Assembly (NCBI GenBank): GCA_012295275.1
Contig: CM022673.1
Span: 7,874,001-7,938,000, forward strand
Direction: 5' to 3'
Length of the DNA stretch: 64,000 bases
Source: Chrysomallon squamiferum
Taxonomy: Eukaryota > Animalia > Mollusca
The notes under the pieces: model-generated
What the model was told of the DNA's origin: nothing
The model's input: the letters and a program-made list of their open reading frames with translations, nothing else
The model's database searches: none
Translations under genes and position numbers: made by a program
Shown here: positions 53,834 through 64,000 of the stretch, one piece after another
Position numbering within the stretch: the stretch's first letter is position 1
Layout of the letters: the number at the start of each line of letters is the position of its first letter

Positions 53834-55951
53834 TTTTGAAAATTATGTTCATTTAGCTTTTACAACTTGGTATCTCTTATTATTGGCTGGAACTGGAATT
53901 CTAGATGATGTTTTTAGTCTTTGTTCCTTACATTTTTTAATTTAATTTATTTATTTATTTATTTATTTATTTATTTTCTTTGAGAAAAATTTATTATTAT
54001 AAGGAATTTACTAATTATAATGACACCATGTATAAAGACATGTATTTGTACTTCAGTTATCAGAAGAAGACACTATTATGATATACACTACAAAAACACT
54101 CTGCAGTTCATGTGTAAATTTTACAATAATAGAAACCATCATTACATATTCAAGTCTCCATTTACCTAAATGTTTAAAAACAGTGAAATTGTAGTTCACG
54201 TGATATCCCAATTATTAGTCCATATAATGTTAAGGGATGATAATCTTTAAAATATTATATAAAACAAATGATTACACTGGTTTATTATACTGACAATACC
54301 AATGAATAACGTCAGTACTTTCAATGTGCAATTATACATTTTAAAAAAATGCTTCAAAATTATTATAACGTTAACAAAATTGAATCTTTTTTTTTTTTTT
54401 TTCCCCCTACAGACAGATTTTCTTATAAAAAAAACTGTATCATCTATCTTTAAAAAAAAAAAAATATCCTCTTGTCATATTGGTTCTTTTCTGCTGCTAA
54501 AAATATAGCGACAACTCACAAAAATAACTTTTTTCCTGTGGCCATTATTTCTTCTTTTTCTTTTTTTTTTTTCTATTTAGACATTTTTTATTATTACTTT
54601 TTTTCCAGAGTCATTATAGCTACTCCTTTTTTTTCGTCTTTTTCTTCTTTCTAAGTAACAAAAATAAAATGGTGAAAAAATAACATGTCTTACAGTTGTA
54701 ATCTTTGATATAAAAAAGAAAAAAGAAGCTATTTTGAAAAGCTATTTCTGTCTAATGAGACTGAAAATAGAACCTGCTGGAGACTGACACTTATTATATC
54801 ATGGTGACTTAAAATATACCACAGTCGTATAAACAATTCAATTAAGTACAAAATGCTTCATTTGCCTGCTATTTTGGTTGCTGTAAACACTATAATCTGT
54901 TTCACTTAAAATATCCTTATCTAAAAGAAATCTTTAAAATATTAAAATAATAATAATAATATTAAATAGCTGCAGCCAGCCATTGGTAATAATAAAATAT
55001 GGTGGTAACAACAACAAATGTAAAAGCTTGTTCTTTTAGCCATCATTCTTATTTGTTTGGTAATGATATATATGGAATTGTTTTTTTAATGTTGTGGGTG
55101 TATGGATTCATGTGAACAAAACAAAAGTAAAGCAATTACTGGCAATGTTTCTATATTACAAAATCTTGAATACAATCCTTTTATTTACTAATTTATTTTT
55201 TATTTTTTTATTTTTATTTTTTGTTGTTGTGGAACTTTTTGTTGTTGTTTTTGTTTGCTTGTTTGTTTTGCTTTGTTTTATGGGGTTTTTTTTAACTTTT
55301 CTGTATCAGAAATAGACAAGGAAGAAGTGAAAAAAATGACAAAACCTGATATTTGAATTTTTCATACTTGATTATGAGCAAAGATTTAGTTACTGAAATA
55401 TCAACCACAACAAAGGCAACAAAACATGTATTCCCAGCATATTAACATCTTCAGGTCAGAGAAAAAGATTAAAAAGAAATAATAATAAAAGTATTTTGAA
55501 AATGCTTGTGATCTTTATTTTTTTTTTAAATTTTGTTCATATCAATATTACAAAAAGAAGCAAATAAAACTGAAAACTGCCAATGGAAGTTAAACAATTA
55601 AAGTGTTTTTCACAACATACTACACAGTGACCCATAAAAACAATTGCAGTATCTTTCAACAAACAAATATTGATATAAATAAAGATTTTACTAATTTATT
55701 GTTGATTTTCTTCTTCTTTTTCTTTTCTTTTCTCTTTGGGTTTTATTGTTTAAAAATATACTTCCTATTTCCATTAAAATTGTATTACCTTCATTCATAC
55801 TATCAATAGCAGAGACCTAGTGTTATTTTGTTAAGAATACAAAATGATCGTAAATTTGTAATAATCATTCAGTAAGTAACAAAATAATGATAATAATTAA
55901 TAAAGAGAGTGTGTTGTAATAAGATCAAGATTTACTATGTATATAAATAGT

Positions 55952-56005
<54 letters not shown>

Positions 56006-56315
56006 GCACACACACACACACTCAACCACACACTCTCAAAACAAAAAATCTTAGGAAACATACTCCAAAAATCCCAATAACATACCATGAAGGCAATTCT
56101 GATTCATAAACACCAAAGTTAATGCCCGGCATCATTCTTAAACATTTTCATCTCAATAAAAATCACTATCATTCCTAAAATGCACACATCAGTAGTGAAT
56201 TATTACATCCTAAAGAACAGAAAAAAAGTTCAACCACAACAAAGACATAAACGAAACTAGTGGAACAGACATTTACAAAAACTAGAAAATTCTGCTGACT
56301 ACGAAAATCTTTTAC

Positions 56316-56360
56316 CTGGAGACTGCAATGTTTTGTCATCACCAGATGCATCACCAACCA
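56316..56360 (-). CDS. Internal coding exon (45 nt, phase 1-1): (V)VGDASGDDKTLQSP
   Basis: Acceptor ctgttttgcttgcag, donor CAG|gtaaaa, open frame, GC-richer than flanks. Confidence 0.7.
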
Positions 56361-56801
56361 CTGCAAGCAAAACAGTACAAGCGTTGAGGAAAATGTCTTG
56401 TTTTTATTTTTCTTATAATAGTACTGGCCTGTCCTGCAACCATTACTTTTGCCTCTAAATATAAATTAGAGATAAAGGTTTCTCTTCTATAAGACTCTGT
56501 CAGGCATAATTAGCAATAGGCAATATATTGTTGACTGTTGGAAGAAGCTTTAAATGTAACTGAGCTATGAGATTGAAGAATAATATAATTTAATTAATAG
56601 ATTAAGGTTTGCATATATAGTCTTAACACAGACAAACATATAATTAAAAAATAAATTTTAAATTCATTTTGACTTAGTATCTTGAAGGGCATAACATACA
56701 ACTGATTTAAATTTCTTGAAACACCTGACAAAAGTTCATCATCCAAATTTTGGTACTGGAGAAATTATAAAACTTGTCACGAAATATTTTGTGTTATATG
56801 T

Positions 56802-56839
<38 letters not shown>

Positions 56840-57463
56840 TGCATGCGCGTATGCGTGCGTGTGTGTGTGTGTGCATGTGTGTTCTCCATTTTATAAATTT
56901 CCTGCCATTATTTTTTCATTAGATTCTGTCAAATATGCTGACTTTACTTTTTTCTTCTTCTTTTTTTTTATTTTGACAATTATAATGCTTTTGTTATTAA
57001 AATAAATTTCTATCTGCAAAGTGACTGCCACTTTTATAACAGAATTTTTTTTTTATTTTTTTTAAATCAAATTGGTAATAACACTTAATTTCATTTAAAG
57101 GTTTATGTCAAAAAATAGTTTGTAATTAAATCTCAGCTTTGTAAATAAAAACACTCAAACCCATTTAGCACAGACTACTAAGATCTTGAAATTTATATTT
57201 AGGAAAGAATACATTATTTTATATTAAATGTTTAAATTTTTATAAATATTATTAAAAAAAAAATAATAGAAAAATAAAAAGTATTGATACAATGGCATGT
57301 TTATTACAAGAATAGCAGATTTTATGAAAGAAGAAACCATGACAGCAAGAGCTTAGATTACAAATACTGACTATATATAAATGAAAAATAAACAAATAAA
57401 CCTTGAACTTTTAAACAAATCATTAACAAAAATAAAAATAAACTTAAACAAATAAAAACTCAC

Positions 57464-57520
57464 CTATTGGTTCCTGGAAGCCAGAATCAACGCTTCCCTT
57501 GTAAAACTTGTTTCCAGTAA
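57464..57520 (-). CDS. Internal coding exon (57 nt, phase 1-1): (F)TGNKFYKGSVDSGFQEPI
   Basis: Acceptor (T)n-atattgtttag and donor TAG|gtgagt. A GC-richer island in >80% AT flanks; the phase-1 frame is open. Confidence 0.78.
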   Translation of the reverse strand, partial: LLETSFTREALILASRNQ

Positions 57521-58469
57521 CTAAACAATATAAAAAAAAAAAGATAAAGCAAATATTTTTTTAATTAATAGTGTTAGATATACTTTTTTTTTATTTTATT
57601 TTTTTTTTTTTATATTCAGTTTAAATACTGAGATTTTCAGTGATATTTTTATCAGACTGATTTGACTAAATGGTGACAGTAAAAGACTGAAACCGAAAAA
57701 AGATATAAAAATAAAAATACATATTTTTCAAAGAAAAAATAATAATGTTTTCAGAGATGAATTTTCATTTAGTATCAGATATGGAATGTAACTGTAAATC
57801 ATTAAGGAAAAGTACTCTCTGGAATTTTAGTTTTCTTTTTTGTTTTACATTTCTTACTTTTTTTTTTTTTTTAAAGTAAACTTTAATGAAATGACTTTAA
57901 TAATAAATGCAAAGCAATAAAATAAAATGTTCATAAGGATGTATGAAAGTTAACACTTTTTTTTTTTTTTCCACTTCATTATTTCTTACATTGAAATGAA
58001 AAACAAAAACATTCCTCACAGACTGAGTAAAAGACACCTTTGCAATGATTTACTCATTCTGACAGGTAAATAATGACAGCTTATTTGTAGAGTTAATCTC
58101 CAGAGATGATACTTGTAATTACATCCCCTTCTATTTCTGTTTCTACATGAGTGAAGTTTAAACTGACACATTAAATATTTACTCTTTTCTAAACACATTT
58201 TCAAAAGATTGCAAAATACACATGCGATTTGTGTACAGTTGTGGTAACCTCATTTGTTTGGGGTCTTTTTCAACAGTATTTACTTCTAAACATCTCTACA
58301 TATACATATTTCATTAAGTCAGTTTCTGCTTGAAATCACAAATAAAATATTAATTTCAGATACACAGTGAATGTCGTAAGTCAACAAAGAAATCAATTTC
58401 AGGCAAGAATATGTTCAGTAAACATTTTTTGTGTACATATGACAAAATGGCTACTTGAAAGACAACAGC

Positions 58470-58640
58470 CAGTGGCCAGTACACTTCATAAATATTTTCA
58501 TAAAATAACCAGTACACAGAAAAAACATCTTGCTATCTTGACCAACATACTTTATAAATATCTGGACATCTTCACCAGAACAGTATACTTTATAAAGATC
58601 TTGATACTTTGACCAGTATAAAGAATAACTAAACATCTGA
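58470..58640. repeat. Degenerate ~33-38-bp minisatellite
   Basis: Recurring (a)ccagta(c/t)a..cttt/tcataaa..atctt units. Confidence 0.5.
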
Positions 58641-59607
58641 ATATTATATCCCATTTACTTCATAAAGACATTAATTCAATGTTATTCACACAAATTTACA
58701 TTACAAACAGCTCAGTATTGTGATCAATATGTACAACTCTTGTAATGTGATGTTATACAAAAATGTGATATCAACATTTTAATGAAGGTGGTGACATAAA
58801 TAGAGAGAGAGACCATATCATTACTATCTTAAAATCATATTGGAAATATGTTTGTAAGTTTTCGTATGAACAATAAATATTCCTTGAAAAATATGTCATG
58901 AACATCCTGATATCATGACATTATTAAGAGAGTGAGACCTTGGTATTACAATATCAACAAGAAAATGAGGTCTTAATATCATTGCATAAACAAGTCAGTA
59001 AGGCTTTGGTATCTCAACAAACAGCTAAAGCCTTAATATCTTGACAAAAATAAGACATGATGATGTCAATACCATTTAACCCATCATGGAAAGTATTTAC
59101 TTAACTGTATCACAATAAAATCAGATTTAACTTGCAGCTGGTCTGCCTGCCTGCCTGCCTGCCTATAAGGATTACAAATAGGTGAAAATACAGTTGTTAA
59201 GAAGTAAAAGTAACAGTCAATCAATAAGCAAATGTTTACTGTAGGAATAGTCCTTTGTGTTCTTTCTGTTCCTGTATTTATTAACAACAACAGCAACATA
59301 TAAAATATTTAATTCACTCAATAATCATATAACATCTTAGTTGTAAAAGATCTAGATCTTGTAGATCATTATAACTGAATTAAAAGGCACACACCAATTT
59401 ATATACACACACACATAAACTCACGTGTACAGGCATTAAAACTTGCACATATATACAAACACACAAAAACACACACTGACGTCTATACACACAACTGCAT
59501 ACATACATACATTCATAGATATACACATAAACATAAAACCATAACAATAACAACAACAAATTATCTTCATACATCCCATTTCCTGATATGACAGATTGGC
59601 ATTTACC

Positions 59608-59646
<39 letters not shown>

Positions 59647-59932
59647 AGTATATAGATATATATACTGATAAAAACAAACATAACACAGTATCGTTTTTCT
59701 AGCATGGTATTAATGATCTGTTTGTATTTTTTTATTTCTCACTATGTGTTGCCAACATGTTACGGTTTCCATGGAGCGCTGTGACATTCCCTAATTACTC
59801 TCACACTGATGTTTTACTATGACACGGGCCTGGGACTTTCTCAGGGCTAAAAGTGTCTACCGCTGCTAAACTTAGCCACAGAAATGCCAAATATAGACAA
59901 TAACAAGCAACTGACGAACACCTTATACTCAC

Positions 59933-59954
59933 AGTGGAAATTATTGGACGTCAT
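59933..59954 (-). CDS. Coding start of the longest isoform seen, MTSNNFH plus a phase-1 base (5' UTR extends to at least ~60063)
   Basis: CAAGATGA start context with an in-frame stop upstream and donor ACT|gtgagt. CpG-rich island at 59760-60200. Joins in frame to exon 57464-57520. Confidence 0.65.
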
Positions 59955-62099
59955 CTTGATGATGCTGCTGTCGTTGTATCCCAGCACTCAACTTGTGTCT
60001 GCGAGTCCTGTAGGTCACATCCTACTCACTCACACGGACTGCGGAAAGTAATCGCCAACGGTTCTGCAAATAGAATCCCCCAATGTTATAAAAGCAGTGC
60101 AGAAATCCATGAATATAGATTATCCACCGGCGCAATACAGACAAATGTCAAATCAGAATGTGTAAAAATAGACCGCTTGATATGTTTACATCAATAACAT
60201 TTCACTTGGTGGGGCAGGTGGTAGGTAGGTTGGCAGTAAATAATCTTACAATGAAAAGAAACTGTTTAAAAAAAAAAAAAAAAAAAAAAAATTAAACTAT
60301 TAAACTTTAAAAAAAAAAAAATGTATCAGCTTATTTATAAAAGTTTTACAAAAAAAAAATATGTTTTGTTAAAAAAATTATGTTTTTGCATGTAATTTTA
60401 TCTTTGAGAAATGGATAAAAGAGAAAAAGTGCATTTGTTTGTTTCTATTTTATTTAATATTATTTATTTTATATGAAGTTAGAAATATATATAGTAATAA
60501 TAATAAACAAAATATACACGTTGTGATTGTCTGTTAAGATTATATCAACAAACAAGTTTCCATGTTTTCCAATGGAAAAAAAAAAAAACATTCAGCCATA
60601 GTATGAATAATTTAGTTTGGAATTTAAGAAAAGAATACTGGCATTTGGTAACCATAACAATAATGTTTTTAAAATTATTTCATTTTTCAAAATTGACACA
60701 AAAAATTATTCATTACAATTATTAATAGAATCTCAAATACAGAGACGTTTTTAAAAGAATAATGCAACACTTCTGAGAAAAAAAAAATTTGTTATTAATA
60801 TCATTATCATAAAAAAATATCCATGTATAACAAACCATACACTTTTAAAAAATATATTAATCAAAACATCCTTCATTGTCATAATCTTCTTCATTTTCAT
60901 CATCAACTTTATTGTAATCATAATCAGCACAGCATAACAAAAATATATTTACCATTTAAAAACAATTACATTCATTATCATCACTATCAAAATAAAATAA
61001 TGTGCAAAAGAAATATAAAAACAAAAAAAAAAAAAAAAAATCCAAAAAGAGAAGAAAAGAAGAAAAACAAAACGGAAAGAACGCAGCAGAGAGAGAGAGT
61101 GGGAAATTAATCTGTTTGGAGAAACTTTTTAATTACCCTATCAGGGCCCATCTGATATATCTTGATAAGTTGCCAGTCAGGAGAGAGAAAGTAAACACTT
61201 GTGGAAAATGGCTATTCTTGGCTCAAACCGATATTCTCAGAGGCTATTTCAGATTTCATTTCACCAGGATGAGCTCTTCAAATCAATGGCTATTTTCAGC
61301 ACCCACATTTATCGATTCACTTTGCTTCAGTAAAAACACGCAAAAACATGTCCTACTTTGATATGACTCAATATTTTCATTTCGTCTCATCGTGACTAGC
61401 TGTCATTTGCAATAATAGAAAATAATTTTGCAAAGAATCTCAAGGAACTTGAAAAGAAACATTTCTATGACTTTTGCAATGTATGTCAAAAAACCTTTTA
61501 TTTCATACAGTGTTGACAAAAAAAAAATAACAATAATGGTAAGAATAATGTTTTTTTCTAATTAAAAAATAAAAGATTGGAATTAAAACATACTTATTTT
61601 GAAAGACAACAACAAATGGTTTATTTTCTTTATGCTGGTAGTAGGAGGATGACAATAAAAAAGAACCCCAAAAATACTATTTAATTTCCATAGTACACCA
61701 GAAATGTCTCTGAATTATGATACAAGACAAAAATAATTTTAAAAATAAAAATAATAACAGTTTTGATTCCTTGAATTTAGTCTTGTAATAAATGTGGCAC
61801 TGAATTATTTTTCATAGGTGTGTGTGGTTTGCATGTTTGTGTTATATGTGTGTGTGTTCTTGTGTCTATGGGAGGGTGTGAATGTTTGTGTGTGAGTTTG
61901 TGGGTTGGTTTTGTGCGTAAAAATATCTTATATTGAGTTATTAGGTGATAATTATACGATTATGTTTGAAAAGATATCCAGCTGCCACCAAACAATGAGC
62001 TTTTTTTCTTTTTTTTTATTGATCAGCGGCAAGGATTCTTTTATATATGAACTTCCCACCTAACACAGTACTACAGTCAAATTATCTGCTAATGATGTA

Positions 62100-62908
62100 C
62101 CGTATATACTTGTGTATAAGTCGAATTTTTGGGAGACTATATTAAGGTAATATTTTGGGGATCAACTTATACATAGATAATGCTTTTGTAGCTGTTTCTG
62201 AAGAGTCGCCATTTTGACTATTTTTTGCTACGGGATGCATCTAAAATAATCGCGGTCTTTCAGCTTTTCAAAAATATAATTTTATCATATAAAAATTTTT
62301 GAAAAATTAAATAACAAAACCAAATATGAATGTAAAACATGATATTCTTCCGTTTAATGACATAAAAATACATTTTAAAGCAAGAAAACCGTCAGTACAG
62401 CGTTATGCCTTACGGCGTCTTGCAATGATCAAGGAATGCAGACTTCTCTGCCAAATTGCACTAAATATCGGTCCTAATTTCATAAACAAAACTCACTTGT
62501 TTAATTGTAAAGAATTTGGTGAAATAATATTGCAATCGTCATTAATATCCACTACTGACAAATTTTGTAAATCATAGAACGGCTAAATATAACGGTAAGT
62601 TAGGTCTCCATGTTAGACCTATTACATTAAAGAGATACTATTTATGATACATTTAGGCTATAGCTCGTGTAATACATGCATTTACATTATTATGGTATGT
62701 TTGTGCATGTTACAGCTCGTGCAAGTTATGTTACAGTAGGCGTACAATGTAGGCCTTCATGGCACTGTCACACTGGTCTAAAAATAGTGACGGTGCCTGG
62801 AATCTACAGTCGACTTATACACAAGTAATACCTAAAATGATGCAATTTTTGGTCTTAAAATACACATCGACTTATACATAAGGTCGCCTTGTACACAAGT
62901 ATATACGG
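62100..62908. mobile_element. Non-autonomous Tc1/mariner-superfamily (pogo/Tc2-like) MITE, 809 bp
   Basis: Terminal inverted repeats CCGTATATACTTGTGTA (17 bp perfect, 23/25 extended) and TA target-site duplication at 62098-99 and 62909-10. Subterminal tc(g/a)acttatac repeats at ~62162, 62810 and 62867. No transposase ORF. Confidence 0.9.
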
Positions 62909-63459
62909 TAACTAGCTTCTATAATGGTACACATAGTTGTTAAAAAAAATCATTACCATTTAATCATTTTTATTATTTAATAATCTTTAGCTTTTAGTCT
63001 CTCTTGTAATTTTTATTTTATTTTATTTTATTTTATTTTATTTTTGATTTTACTCCATTTAATATTTTTCTTCTTTTCCTTAGATTTATAAAAGTGAATT
63101 TAAAAATGTACTTTTAACAACTAATTGAATGACTTTATTTCATATTATCAAATAACAATAAAAACTCAATTTTTATTTCATGTTTTATGGAATATGTGCC
63201 TGTAATAAAACCCAAGTGTTATTTTATATACCCTTCAACAGTGTGTTATACAGATTACATTAAAATATGAATTATAATGAAGTCATACTAAAAAGTGTAA
63301 ATTAATTGTTGAAAACCATTAAAAGCATGGATTAACAGAATAATAGCATCAACAACAATAATAACTAACAGTAATATAACATAATAACAACAGTAATATA
63401 ATCAGTTACTGTGATTATTATTATTATTATCAATATTATTAAGACCAAAGTCTTACCTC

Positions 63460-63892
63460 TTAAGTATTCAAACCATGTTCACCTATATTAATTTCAAGAT
63501 GATCACATCTTAACCAAAACAATTCATTATCCTCTATTTAATCCTTCCATTCAGTATAAAGTATATTATTTATTTATTATATTATTATTGTTATTATTTT
63601 TAACACCACTGAATATTTAAGCTGTACTTACCTATATTAATTTCAAGATGATTGTATTTTAACTGAAACAGTACATTACCTCATGTTTACTTCTTTAAAA
63701 AGTATATTATCATTATTTTTATTACTATTATTACTATAACTATTATTATTTATTATTATTATTATTATTATTAACACTACAGAATATCTATTTTACTTTT
63801 TTTACTTCTTTAGTATTTAAGCAGTAATTTCAAGATGATCATATTTTTAAACAAAACAGTTCATTACCTCCTGTTTACTTCTTTCATTCAGT
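63460..63892. repeat. Three degenerate tandem copies (~150-190 bp) separated by (TTA)n
   Basis: taatttcaagatgat..aaaca..cattac/tcct blocks at ~63489, 63638 and 63825. Confidence 0.75.
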
Positions 63893-64000
63893 GAGAAGTA
63901 AGACAAACAGGAAAATAGGTCTATTTTTTTTTTCTCTTCATATATATTTTTAACCACGTTTACAAAAACAAACAGTTGGGCTACATCCCAGAAGATACAG

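Noticed and set aside
62326-62577. 83-aa ORF inside the MITE
   Set aside because: No recognisable HTH or DDE/D transposase motifs.

Overview
Non-coding-dominated, very AT-rich, microsatellite-laden eukaryotic DNA. The style is invertebrate, possibly mollusc or cephalopod; this is an inference from composition only. Nearly all listed six-frame ORFs are translations of microsatellite or low-complexity sequence. The real gene signal is on the minus strand: the 5' part of one large gene whose conserved body lies beyond the left edge of the window. Four small exons with canonical splice sites and matching phase-1 junctions (59933-59954, 57464-57520, 56316-56360, 7255-7323) splice to a 64-aa N-terminus, MTSNNFHFTGNKFYKGSVDSGFQEPIVVGDASGDDKTLQSPDPVGPLETAMEINSFSNMGNRRG. 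I cannot assign it to a family. The ~49-kb intron and the left edge hold several candidate alternative first exons. One encodes a myristoylation/palmitoylation N-terminus (MGVCCS) near a MEF2 site, and others lie downstream of RFX X-boxes. Also present: an 809-bp TA-flanked Tc1/mariner-type MITE, two related minisatellite arrays in inverted orientation, several other tandem repeats and a G-quadruplex motif. I saw no RNA genes, CRISPR arrays or prokaryotic features.
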